Of a stretch of DNA of 64,000 nucleotides, positions 1 to 9,516 are shown piece by piece. Location of the stretch: the NCBI GenBank assembly GCA_965224085.1, contig CBDCYI010000005.1, forward strand, positions 1,760,001 to 1,824,000, read 5' to 3'. The notes under the pieces are model-generated. The model did not search any database, was not told the origin of the DNA, and saw nothing but the letters and a program-made list of their open reading frames with translations. Source of the DNA: Candidatus Marinacidobacterales bacterium (GTDB taxonomy: Bacteria; Acidobacteriota; Vicinamibacteria; Marinacidobacterales; SMYC01). Position numbers and translations under genes: made by a program. How positions within the stretch are numbered: position 1 is the stretch's first letter; each line of letters begins with the position of its first letter.

Positions 1-17
1 ACGGGAAGACTCGGAGC

Positions 18-1346
18 TTGACGAGCCTTCTTTTTCTTCTGGGGCGAGGTCTTGCGGACGCCGTTGTGATCTATGCGCCGTCCGTCATACTCGCCATCGT
101 CTTCGGCATCGATGAAAAGGTCATCATCATCGCGATCGGTCTCGGCGCCACAATCTACACAACGCTCGGCGGCATGCGCGCCGTCATGTGGGTCGAGATG
201 TGGCAGATGTTGATCATTTTTATCGGGATCTTGTTCTGCCTCGGCTCGGTCATCGTGGGCCTTCCCGACGGGGTCTCGCTCACGGACGCGATCCAGATCG
301 TCGGGGCTACCGGCCGCGCGGAGACGGTGGACTTCAATCTGGACCCCAACGTCAAATATACCTTTTGGACCGGCGTCTGTGGCGGTATCTTTCTCATGCT
401 CTCCTATTTCGGGACCGATCAGAGTCAGGTGCAGCGCTATCTGACGGCACGGTCGCTCACCGAAAGCCGGCTCGCGCTTTTGTTCAGCGCGCTCGTCAAG
501 ATCCCGATGCAGTTCGTCATCCTTCTCACCGGCGCGCTCTTGTTCGTCTTCTATCAATTCGAAAAACCGCCGGTCGTTTTCAATCCTGTAGCGCTCGAGC
601 GGCTCGCCGACACTCGGCCCAGGGATGTGTCGCAGCTCGAGTCCGATTACGACGCGGCTTTCGAGATCCGCAAAGAGGCCGCGCAAAACTTCGCCGACGC
701 GCTCGGAGGTATCCGCGAAGACGAGATGCGCAGAATTTTCCTCCAAGCGGATGCGAAGCTCGGCGGGGTTCGTTCCGGGGTGCTCGGGCTCATCCGGGAG
801 AGCGAGCCTGGTTTCAGCGACACGAATTACGTGTTCCCGACCTTTGTTCTCACGAAGCTTCCTGTCGGGCTCGTCGGGCTCATCCTCGTCGCGATTTTCG
901 CGGCCGCCATGTCCACCGTGGAGTCTGAGCTCACATCCTTGTCGACAGCGACGGTCGTGGATTTTTATCGGCGCTACGTCCGAAAAGAGGCGGAAGACAG
1001 CCACTTCCTCGTTGTTAGCCGCGTTGCGACGTTGTTCTGGGGAGGCTTCGCGACTTTTTGCGCGCTCTACATGGGCCGGCTCGGCTCTGCCATCGAGGCC
1101 GTGAACCGTATCGGATCTAACTTTTACGGCCCCATACTCGGTGTTTTCGTCCTCGCCATCGGGGCGCGGCGGGCGAACGGCCACGGCGCTTTCGCGGGTG
1201 TTCTGCTCGGCATCGTCGCCGTACAGCTAACGGCCCGCTATTCCGGGATCTCCTATCTCTATTACAACCTCGTCGGGACCGCTGTTTCAGTCGTTTTTGG
1301 CTACCTAATTAGCCTTGTCTTTGCATCGTCTGAGCGGTCTGTATAA
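18..1346 (+). CDS. Sodium:solute symporter family protein (5' end probably outside window)
   Basis: Multi-TM protein with SSS motifs YTTLGGMRAV, GTDQSQVQRYL and AAAMST. Confidence 0.9.
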   Translation: MTSLLFLLGRGLADAVVIYAPSVILAIVFGIDEKVIIIAIGLGATIYTTLGGMRAVMWVEMWQMLIIFIGILFCLGSVIVGLPDGVSLTDAIQIVGATGRAETVDFNLDPNVKYTFWTGVCGGIFLMLSYFGTDQSQVQRYLTARSLTESRLALLFSALVKIPMQFVILLTGALLFVFYQFEKPPVVFNPVALERLADTRPRDVSQLESDYDAAFEIRKEAAQNFADALGGIREDEMRRIFLQADAKLGGVRSGVLGLIRESEPGFSDTNYVFPTFVLTKLPVGLVGLILVAIFAAAMSTVESELTSLSTATVVDFYRRYVRKEAEDSHFLVVSRVATLFWGGFATFCALYMGRLGSAIEAVNRIGSNFYGPILGVFVLAIGARRANGHGAFAGVLLGIVAVQLTARYSGISYLYYNLVGTAVSVVFGYLISLVFASSERSV

Positions 1347-1511
1347 TGGAAGTACACGAAACGGCCAGGTCTTAGCTCCATCCAGCCGGCTACACTGTCC
1401 GAGTACGTCTTGAGCAAGTTCATTTTTTCCGTCGAGAGTCTCGAGCCCCTCGTTCTTCTGACGACGCTCGTCCTTATGGGGGTGGCCAAGGGCGGTGCGG
1501 GGTGGAAAAAG

Positions 1512-2844
1512 ATGTTCGGGCTCGGCAAGAAAGAAAAGAGCCCGGCTTCTGGTGCGGACCCTGCGCTCGCCGCGGGCGATTGGGAGCGGGCCGCCAAGAT
1601 ATTCGAAAAAGACGGACGTTATCGTGATGCGGCCAAGCTTTATCGAGGCAAGGGGCAGAACCACGAAGCAGCGCGTCTTCTCGTGCGCGCTGGAGCGCTT
1701 ACGGAAGCAGCGTCCATCTTCGAGCGGGTCGGACATTATCAAAAGGCTGCGGAGGTGTGCGCGCAGTCCGGGGACAACAAAAGAGCGGGCGAGAACTACC
1801 GGCACTACCTCGAAGACCGGTTCGGCACCCTCGCCCTCGCGCGCTCTCCGGCGGACCATGCGGAGTTCACGAAATATTGCCGGCTTGCCGGGCAAGCCTT
1901 CGAGCGCGCCGGACTTCTCGATCAAGCTGCGGAAGTGCTCGAGCGTGGCGAGCAGTGGGAGGATGCGGCTGCGCTGTTCCTCAAGCTCAATCGTCACGTG
2001 AAAGCCGCCGATCTCTATGAGCGTGCCGGAGCGGTGGACCACGCTGCCGACGCCTACGCGCAAGCGGGCGACCGTGTGCGCGCCGCGCAAATGCGAGGCG
2101 AGCATCTTTACAAGCAAGATCAGAAAAACGAGGCGGCGGTGCAGTTTCTCCTCGGTGGCGATCCGCTTCGAGCTGCCGAAGTCTACGAAGAAGCGGGAAA
2201 TTATCTCGACTCCGCACGCTGCTACGAGCATTGCGGCGCCCACCGTCAGGCCGCCGAGGCCTATGAGCGCGTGGAGCAATTCGGCCGCGCGGCGGAAATG
2301 TACGGACGGAGCCAGGACTATAAGAAAGCCGCGGCGCTCTACGAGAAGGCCGAAGACTGGGGCCAGGCGGCGCGGATGTTCGCCGAGTCAGGCGACTATT
2401 ATCGCGCCGCGAAGAACGCGCGCAAAGAGGGACTCACCGAGTTCGCCATCGACTGCCTCCAGAAGATCGAGACAACGAACCCCAATTATCAAGAATCCCT
2501 CGTCGAGCTCGGGCAGAGTTTCATGGAGCGGGATCTGCCGGGTGTCGCCGTGGAGAAGTTGAAGAAGGCGCTTCACGATCAGCCACTCGCGGCCAAGAAT
2601 CTCGACATCTATTACACGCTCGCGGTCGCTTCCGAGCAGATGGGTAGCTACGAAAAAGCTGTGGAGATCCTCAAGCAGATCGTCGCGGAAAACTACAGCT
2701 ATCGGGACGCCGTCGGGCGGCTCCAGGAGCTCCAGAAGAAGCCGGCGAAAGGGGCCACCGAGCCGTCACGCCATCAAGCCGCCAAAGAAGAGCTCGGTGG
2801 CAAGCGCTATGAGTTCATTGAGAAACTCGGCGCCGGCGGGATGG
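1512..2844 (+). pseudogene. N-terminal part of a TPR/helical-repeat Ser/Thr protein kinase, interrupted by IS110
   Basis: Many AAxxYExAG helical repeats, then RYEFIEKLGAGGM (kinase subdomain I), broken at 2844. Likely ATG at 1512. Confidence 0.9.
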
Positions 2845-2859
2845 ACTCCCCACGCCGGA

Positions 2860-4155
2860 TCAAGAGAAAACCTTCTTCGTAGGAATCATCGTCGATTCGC
2901 TTTTTGTTGTGGACGACCGCGAGGGGTCGTAAAGAGTTCTTTGTCGAAGCATCGCCATGGCGATGGGTAGAATGCGGTCCATGACGCCTCTGAGAGCTCT
3001 GGCATGGCTGTGGCCCGCGTCGCGAAGCCGATCGTAGTGCTTTTTAAAGTGTGGGTCGCGAAGCACGGCAGTGCTGGCCCAATGATGGAGAGCGTTATTG
3101 AGGGGCAAAGAGCGAGCTCTCCTCATCAGGATAGTTGGTCGCAACTGACCGCGCTTGCCGCTTTTTTTCGTGACGGGTGCGATGCCGCTGAGAGTCCTGA
3201 AGGCTTTGAGATTTCGTAGCCGAATGGGGTCGTGGGCATAGCAGAGCACGGAGGCGAGCACGTAAGCACCGACGCCGGGCAAAGAGGCAAGAATGGCAGC
3301 GTCGGAGCACTGCTTGTCGTTTAGTGCTTGCAAGCGCTTGAACCACTTCTCGAGATGCTGGTCGGAGGCACGACGATGTTGTCGAACGAGGAGCAACTGC
3401 TGAAGGAGCAGTTCGAGATGCTCAGAAGTAGCTTTGGTGGTTGCATGCGCGACTCGGAGTGGTTTTTGATTGAGGGTATCGAGGATCTGCTCGGGTTTTA
3501 CGCGTCGGATGCGGTGTTTTTTAACGAGCGTCTCGATGGTGTGGCGGCTAAGAGAGTTGGGGCTGGATTCGAAGAAGAGTTTTAGGAGCTCGCAGAAAAA
3601 CGCGTCGAGAGCCTTATTCTTTGGCGCGAGCGAGACGAGGTGAGGCCAACAGCGAGTAAGGAGTTCTCGGATCTGCGAGCTGAGGGCAACGTGGTTTTTG
3701 ACAAGTTGGTCGCGGGTGCTCAACAGCCCGCGCATAGCAAGGATCTCCGGAGGTGGAAGTTGCAAGCGCTGAAAGCGGTGACCGTCGGTTCTGAGCGAAT
3801 CGGCGAGAACGAAGGCGTCGCGCCGATCATCCTTGGCGCCGCTCATAGAATGCCGGTCGCGGAAACGGTCGACCTGCTTGGGATTGATGGAGAAAATGGC
3901 GATGGCGTTGTCAAGAAAGAGCTCGACGACGGCTCCATGAGGCTTTTCGATCGCCACTGCGATGCGCTCGGTGTCTTGCGTGGTCAGTTCCAGAAGCCAG
4001 CCGATCGTTTCTGAAAGTCCTTCGCGGCTATGAGGAAAGCCGCGCTCCCCCATAAATTGTCCCCTGGTATCGACCACGCTGGCCAAGTGAAGCCATTGGC
4101 CCAGGTCGACACCGACGAAGAAGTCGTAGTCGAGCTGATTCCTGGAAGAACTCAT
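2860..4155 (-). CDS. IS110-family DEDD recombinase (transposase)
   Basis: VGVDLG, VAIEK and KDDRRDA (DEDD residues), SLPGVG, GIAPVTKKSGK (catalytic Ser region). ATG at 4155. Confidence 0.95.
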   Translation of the reverse strand: MSSSRNQLDYDFFVGVDLGQWLHLASVVDTRGQFMGERGFPHSREGLSETIGWLLELTTQDTERIAVAIEKPHGAVVELFLDNAIAIFSINPKQVDRFRDRHSMSGAKDDRRDAFVLADSLRTDGHRFQRLQLPPPEILAMRGLLSTRDQLVKNHVALSSQIRELLTRCWPHLVSLAPKNKALDAFFCELLKLFFESSPNSLSRHTIETLVKKHRIRRVKPEQILDTLNQKPLRVAHATTKATSEHLELLLQQLLLVRQHRRASDQHLEKWFKRLQALNDKQCSDAAILASLPGVGAYVLASVLCYAHDPIRLRNLKAFRTLSGIAPVTKKSGKRGQLRPTILMRRARSLPLNNALHHWASTAVLRDPHFKKHYDRLRDAGHSHARALRGVMDRILPIAMAMLRQRTLYDPSRSSTTKSESTMIPTKKVFS

Positions 4156-4158
4156 TGC

Positions 4159-4313
4159 CGTCAGCGCATGTGATGTTTCATCGGCCCCTGTACCGGCGCT
4201 CGAAGCGCAACTCCCCATTGGATGTCCATCACAAGAAAATTGCCGGCACGCGTGTCCATACCGGGCGCTCGGAGCGCAGGGCGAAGTATGGCGTTGCCGG
4301 CAAGCTGCTGACG
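4159..4313 (-). ncRNA. Predicted bridge RNA (target-binding loop plus donor-binding loop)
   Basis: Closing stem 4159-4165/4307-4313. Target arm stem 4240-4248/4295-4303 with guides 4279-4287 and 4256-4262. Donor arm stem 4169-4175/4227-4233 with guides 4210-4217 (identical to end 2845-2852) and 4187-4193 (reverse complement of 5440-5446). Confidence 0.88.
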
Positions 4314-4350
4314 AAATCGAAAATAGTTCAAGCTCATCGTGAGATTTGCT

Positions 4351-4767
4351 CTACCACTGCAATCGAAGCTGGCGCGCGATGCCACCAGCTCGTGCTGGTT
4401 TTTTTCTCGGTTGTTTCGGGCGAAGCACGTCTGCGAGTTTTTCTCGAAGGTAGCGAACATAAGGCGGGTCTAGATATTCACTTCGCACTTCCTCGAGCAC
4501 AGGTGAAAAATAGCGAAGGGAGCGAATGGGTTGTAGTGGCTCCTCATGCTCTTGTAGCTCCCGACGAGCGCAACCCAGAAGTAGGGCGCACTCGAATTCG
4601 TATAACGGGACGCCCTGGCGGTAGAGTCGCGTCGCCATGAAGCGATCGTCGCGCCGTGGTCGCTCAGGTGTGTTCGGAATAGAAACATAGATATCCAAAA
4701 CCGCCCGGACATAATCGTTTTCTGTTAGAGCGTCGCTCGTGAGCGGTTTATCACTGAGCTTCGACAT
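4351..4767 (-). CDS. IS110 accessory helical protein (about 138 aa), function unknown
   Basis: GGAGG RBS before ATG 4767; overlaps the upstream ORF stop. Motifs YVRAVLDIY, QGVPL and PIRSLRYF. Confidence 0.75.
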   Translation of the reverse strand: MSKLSDKPLTSDALTENDYVRAVLDIYVSIPNTPERPRRDDRFMATRLYRQGVPLYEFECALLLGCARRELQEHEEPLQPIRSLRYFSPVLEEVRSEYLDPPYVRYLREKLADVLRPKQPRKKPARAGGIARQLRLQW

Positions 4768-5156
4768 CCATCCACCTCCCGCGTCCGCCGCAGATACAGC
4801 ATTTGGCATATCCGAAACTGTCAAGCTTCGTTTTCATTGAAAGAACCATCGAGCTCCGTGACCGGATCTGTTCTCTGATTCCTACATTGCCCGAGTTACC
4901 GACGTGAATGGAACCATGATCCGTTACTTTTTCTTGGTGTCGTCGATACTCACGTTGCCGGTCCGCACAATCTCGACTGTCCTTCGACACTTTCTCGATC
5001 TTTGCGGTTGTAGCCGCGACACTTTATTAGGCCGGCATGATAAGAGCACGCTTTACCGCAGTAGCAGTGTCCACGGTCACAGCTCTTGCAGATGTAGAAG
5101 GCCTCTGAACAGTTACGACAAAAACGCTGGTACACAACGACTGGTTTGGTGGCCAT
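4751..5156 (-). CDS. IS110 accessory Cys-rich Zn-finger protein, with a 1-nt frameshift near 4978
   Basis: CRNC..CKSCDRGHCYCGKAC in one frame, continuing as DRQREYRRHQEKVTDHGS...CCICG in the next frame. Confidence 0.72.
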
Positions 5157-5444
5157 TTGAGACTCAGCAAGCGCTGGACTATGGCCGCCCGTCTGTGAGA
5201 GGCTAGCTTCCACCTGTACTGGAGCGCCTCCTTCGGGGGGCCATCCAAACATCAGAGCCCCGGTCGTTTCTGGCGGCCGGGGCTCGCTATTGTTGCACAG
5301 CAGGCTCACCCTTATCTCGCCGGGGCGAGACGATCTGACTGCCTCGCGCCTACGGCGCGAGATGATGCCTTGTGCATACACATTTTGGTTCGACCTTCCG
5401 CGTAGCTCACGCTTTCGCTGTTCTGACGCTTCCGCAAGCGTACA

Positions 5445-6183
5445 GGGCGTCGTCTATCGCGCCAAAGACACGCGGCTCAATCGCATCGTGGCCTACAAGA
5501 TGCTCATGGAGCAGTTCATGGAGGTCAAAGAGGTCCGGGAGCGCTTCTTGCGCGAAGCACAATCGGCAGCGCAGCTCAATCATCCGAATATCGTCACGGT
5601 GTTCGACGTGGACGTCGACTCGGAGCAGAACCGGCTCTTCATCGCTATGGAGTTCGTCGCGGGTGAAAGCTATTTCGACATCCTTCAGCGTGAGACGAGA
5701 CTCTCGATCCAGCAGACCGTTCAGTTCATCGGAGGCGTTCTCAAAGCGCTCGCCCACGCGCATCGCCACGGCGTCCTCCACCGCGATATCAAGCCTTCGA
5801 ACGTGATGCTCTCGAAACAGCGCGTCGTCAAGATCATGGATTTCGGCCTCGCCAAGATACTTCGAGACGCGAAAGCGCAGGGCAGTGAGAAGGCGAGCGG
5901 GACGCCGCTCTACATGTCTCCAGAGCAGATTCTCGGCAAGGCACTCGACTTCCGCACGGATATCTACGCCTTTGGAGGGACCGTGTATCACCTCCTCGCG
6001 GGCGAGCCACCTTTCGTTGATGGCGAAGTGCTCTACCATCACGTGCACACACCCGCGCGCTCGCTGAAAGACTTGCGGCCGGACGTTCCGAAGGTGCTCT
6101 GCAGCATCGTTATGGCTTGTCTCAACAAGGAGCCCGCCGACCGGCCGACCTCCGACCAAATCCTGAAAATGTTGAAGAAGTAG
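5445..6183 (+). pseudogene. C-terminal part (catalytic domain) of the interrupted Ser/Thr kinase
   Basis: GVVYRAKD, VAYK, HRDIKPSN, DFGLAK, GTPLYMSPEQ. Confidence 0.93.
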
Positions 6184-6188
6184 TCACT

Positions 6189-6280
6189 ATTCAGCATCCA
6201 GCATTCACGAGCTCTCAGGATTGGCGATTTCGTGCCCGTAGTCCTGAGAGTTCCTGAATGCTCATTACTGAAAGCTGAAT
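6189..6280. repeat. Long imperfect palindrome with heptamer-like (CAGCATT/GCTGAAT) units; REP/MITE-like
   Basis: ATTCAGC..AGCATTCA.GAGCTCTCAGGATT pairs with AGTCCTGAGAGTTC.TGAATGCT..GCTGAAT. Confidence 0.6.
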
Positions 6281-6314
6281 GCTGGTTCCGCGCTATAATG
6301 CTCGGCCGCACGAC

Positions 6315-8087
6315 ATGAGCCGACTCTCGGACATCACGCACCGCATTCAGGAGCGTGTCCGCGGGTCGATGGCGCAAAACGAGAACCAGGTTTTCATGGG
6401 GCTCACGTTCGTCATCGGCGCGGCCGTGGGACTCGTAATCGTCGCTTTCATTGTCGTCACCGATAGTCTCGAAGCGTGGCTCTATGCCGAGGGCACCGCG
6501 CGGTGGCGTCGTCTCGTGACGCCGATCGCGGCGACGCTCTTTGTGGGCTACCTTCTGTATCGATTTTTTCCCGACGCGCGCGGGAGCGGTGTCCCGCAGA
6601 CGAAAGCGGCCATGTTCGCGCGGCGCGGGCTCATCCCGGGGCGAACGGTGGTAGGCAAGTTCATCGCCTCGTCGGTGACTCTCGCGAGCGGAATCGCTCT
6701 CGGCCGTGAGGGCCCTTCGGTACAGATGGGCGCGGGACTCGCTTCGAGTATCGGACGCGGGCTCGGGCTGAGCGGCGACAAGCTTCAAATGCTCCTCCCC
6801 GTCGGCGCGGCCGCCGCGCTCGCCGCCGCCTTCAATACGCCTCTCGCCGCGATTCTCTTCGCGCTCGAAGAGATCATGGGGAACTTGCACGCGCCGATTC
6901 TAGGCTCGGTCGTCGTCAGCGTCTTTACGTCGCTCTTCGTGATGCGCCTCTTGCTCGGAAACGAGCCTCTTTTTCACGTTCCCGCATACGAAACGGTGCA
7001 CCCGGCCGAGTTCATCGTTTACGCGCTTTTGGGTATCGTGGGCGGCCTCGTCTCCGTTTTCTTCGTCAAGCTCATGCTGCGCATGCGCGAGAAGTTCTTG
7101 AGCATGCCGCGCAGAACGCGCTGGCTGCATCCGGCCGCCGGCGGCGTGGTCGTGGGCGTTCTCGCGTTCACTCTCCCTGGAATTTTTCGTTTTGGACATC
7201 ACACCGTAGGCGAGGCGCTCAACGGCTCGCTCCCGCCTTCGCAGATGGTCATTCTTCTCGTGCTCAGCGTCTTCGCGACCGCCGTGTGCTACGCCTCGGG
7301 AAATGCGGGAGGCATTTTCGGGCCGAGTCTTTTCATGGGTGCTATGGTCGGTGGCAGTCTCGGGAGCATTGCGCAAGCTTATTTTCCCGATATGACCGCG
7401 AGCCCTGGCGCCTATGCGCTCGTCGGGATGGGGACGGCTTTCGCCGGGATCTTGCGTGTGCCGATGGTCTCCGTGATCATGATCTTCGAGCTCACGCACG
7501 ACTACGCCATCGTCGTGCCACTCATGATCTCGAACCTCATCAGCTTTTTCGTTTCGTACAAGTTTCAGAAGACGCCGCTTTACGAAGCACTCGCGCTTCA
7601 AGAAGGCATCCACCTTCCGACCTCAGAAAGTGAGAAGCGCCACCTCCAGGTGCGGCTCGCCATGCGTCCGCCCCACGAGACTTTTTCGTCGGACATGACG
7701 GTTGCGGATTGTATCGAGCGAGTCGGCCATAGCAGCATGCGCGCGTGGCCCGTCACCGACAAGAACGGGGTATGGGGTGTGGTGTCTCTCGAGCAGCTCG
7801 AAAAAGCCCACGACGAGGATCGGGGCGACGCCAAAGTCGGTGACCTTCTGGACTCTCGCGCGTTTCCTCATTTGCACGCCGACCATTCGCTCGACCTCGC
7901 ACTCGAGCGCATGGGCAAAGAGGGCTACGATCTCTTGCCCGTGGTGAGTCGAGCCAACGTTCACGAGATGGAAGGGGTTTGCTCGCTTCTCGATGTGCTC
8001 CGCGCGTTCGGCGTTCATGGACGACCGCCGGGTGCGCCTCCCGACGCCAACGACGTCGACGTCGACGTCGGTGAAGGCCGCTCGTGA
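6315..8087 (+). CDS. ClC chloride channel/H+ antiporter with CBS domains
   Basis: GSGVP, GREGP and GGIFGP motifs; C-terminal CBS pair. Confidence 0.93.
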   Translation: MSRLSDITHRIQERVRGSMAQNENQVFMGLTFVIGAAVGLVIVAFIVVTDSLEAWLYAEGTARWRRLVTPIAATLFVGYLLYRFFPDARGSGVPQTKAAMFARRGLIPGRTVVGKFIASSVTLASGIALGREGPSVQMGAGLASSIGRGLGLSGDKLQMLLPVGAAAALAAAFNTPLAAILFALEEIMGNLHAPILGSVVVSVFTSLFVMRLLLGNEPLFHVPAYETVHPAEFIVYALLGIVGGLVSVFFVKLMLRMREKFLSMPRRTRWLHPAAGGVVVGVLAFTLPGIFRFGHHTVGEALNGSLPPSQMVILLVLSVFATAVCYASGNAGGIFGPSLFMGAMVGGSLGSIAQAYFPDMTASPGAYALVGMGTAFAGILRVPMVSVIMIFELTHDYAIVVPLMISNLISFFVSYKFQKTPLYEALALQEGIHLPTSESEKRHLQVRLAMRPPHETFSSDMTVADCIERVGHSSMRAWPVTDKNGVWGVVSLEQLEKAHDEDRGDAKVGDLLDSRAFPHLHADHSLDLALERMGKEGYDLLPVVSRANVHEMEGVCSLLDVLRAFGVHGRPPGAPPDANDVDVDVGEGRS

Positions 8088-8524
8088 AAGCCGTAGTGCA
8101 ACGCGTCAGCAACGCGGGCGTCGAGGTCGACGGTGAGCGCGTGGGCGCGATTGAAGCGGGGCTTCTCGTGCTGCTCGGCGTGGCCGACGGTGACACCGAG
8201 GACGACGCTCGGTGGATGGCTGAGAAGATCGTCTCGCTGCGCATCTTCGAAGACGAGGACGGTAAAATGAACTTGTCAGTCGCCGATGTCGGCGGGTCGC
8301 TTCTCGCTGTGTCCCAGTTCACGCTGCTCGGCGATTGTCGTAAAGGCCGGCGGCCGTCTTTCGTAAAAGCCGCGCTGCCCGAGCTTGCGGAGGAGCTATA
8401 CGAGCGCTTCGTGCGCGTCGTGGACGAGTGCCGTATCCCGACCGCGAAGGGAAGGTTCCAAACCCACATGGCGGTGTCTCTCGTGAATGACGGGCCCGTC
8501 ACGATATTGGTGGAGAGTCCGTAA
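8084..8524 (+). CDS. dtd: D-aminoacyl-tRNA deacylase
   Basis: [19 protein letters not shown]. Confidence 0.97.
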   Translation: MKAVVQRVSNAGVEVDGERVGAIEAGLLVLLGVADGDTEDDARWMAEKIVSLRIFEDEDGKMNLSVADVGGSLLAVSQFTLLGDCRKGRRPSFVKAALPELAEELYERFVRVVDECRIPTAKGRFQTHMAVSLVNDGPVTILVESP

Positions 8525-9510
8525 TGTCGGCGTGGGCGCTCGTTTTGGTCCTCGCAGCTTGGCAGCCAGAGCTCGCCCAGTCGCGGCTTTTTGCTGCGAC
8601 GACGGAGGGCGCGTTCGTGACCTACAGTTGGGGAGAGCACTGGATTCGACTCCGCCCGGATCTGCGTGGCTTCTCGGGTGAGATCCGCGCCTTCGCCTGC
8701 CTCGGGTCGAACGTCTTTGCCGGTGGCTCGGACGGGATCTTCGTCTCCGACGATTTTGGAGAAAACTACCGGCCCGTCGAAGCCTTCGAAGGCAAGAGCG
8801 TGACGACTTTTCAGGCGGCGCGCCTGTTCGCGCTCGAGCCCACACTGTTCGCAGGCACTGCGAAAGGACTCTATCGATCGAAAAATGCCGGAGTCGAATG
8901 GGAGCGGATCGGAACGGATATGATTCGAACCGCCGTCCATGCTTTGGTTTGGCCAGGGCCCGAGCTCTTCGTCGCGAGCGACAGTGGGCTTTTCGTCTCG
9001 GATGACGCCGGCGATAATTGGGAGCCCGTCGAAGAGGGGCTTCCTCGAGTCCCGATTCTCTCGATAGCGCTGTCTCAGCTGTACGGGCTCGACCCTACGA
9101 TCTTCGTCGGGACACGCGACGCGGGACTCTACCGCAGCTCTGACGGCGGCGCGACGTTCGAGCTCCTCGAGCACGAGGTGCTCGAGGACAAGGCGATCGA
9201 CGCTCTTTTCTGGTGGGGCGAGCTCTTGTTGATCGGGACGGAGGAAGGACTGCTGCTTTCGAACGACGGCGCGGAGACGCTGCGCGAAGTCGAAGCGTTG
9301 CGAGGGCAAGCCGTTCTGACCATCAACGTGCCGTCCCCGGAAGGATTTTCGCAGAGCGACGTTATCGTCGGCACGGATGCGGGCGTCTTCAAGAGCTCGG
9401 ACGGCGCCATGAGCTTTCGTCTGGTGAGCGAAGGTATCGGGACCACGCGCGTGCTTGAGCTCGCGACGTTTCCCCAACCTCGGCAGAGCTCTGAGCCCTC
9501 AAATCGCTGA
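8524..9510 (+). CDS. Secreted BNR/Asp-box beta-propeller protein
   Basis: Signal peptide; repeated SxDxGxxW/F Asp-boxes. Confidence 0.8.
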   Translation: MSAWALVLVLAAWQPELAQSRLFAATTEGAFVTYSWGEHWIRLRPDLRGFSGEIRAFACLGSNVFAGGSDGIFVSDDFGENYRPVEAFEGKSVTTFQAARLFALEPTLFAGTAKGLYRSKNAGVEWERIGTDMIRTAVHALVWPGPELFVASDSGLFVSDDAGDNWEPVEEGLPRVPILSIALSQLYGLDPTIFVGTRDAGLYRSSDGGATFELLEHEVLEDKAIDALFWWGELLLIGTEEGLLLSNDGAETLREVEALRGQAVLTINVPSPEGFSQSDVIVGTDAGVFKSSDGAMSFRLVSEGIGTTRVLELATFPQPRQSSEPSNR

Positions 9511-9516
9511 CACGTC

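Larger units (their letters stand above)
2845..5444 (-). mobile_element. IS110-family element with accessory ORFs and internal bridge RNA; GG core at 2843-2844 and 5445-5446
   Basis: Removing 2845-5446 restores ATG GGC GTC GTC TAT (MGVVY). No terminal IRs. Encodes an IS110 recombinase. Confidence 0.95.

Noticed and set aside
2860-4218. Longer recombinase start at 4218
   Set aside because: The extension runs through the donor-binding loop; ATG 4155 fits the DEDD domain start better.
4161-4460. 99-aa minus-strand ORF (and 161-aa plus-strand ORF 4155-4640) over the bridge RNA
   Set aside because: No recognisable motifs and overlaps the helical ORF; the region is better explained as structured RNA.
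5213-5219. Second CCTGTAC matching the donor right arm
   Set aside because: No matching left guide or loop architecture nearby; a 7-mer can occur by chance.
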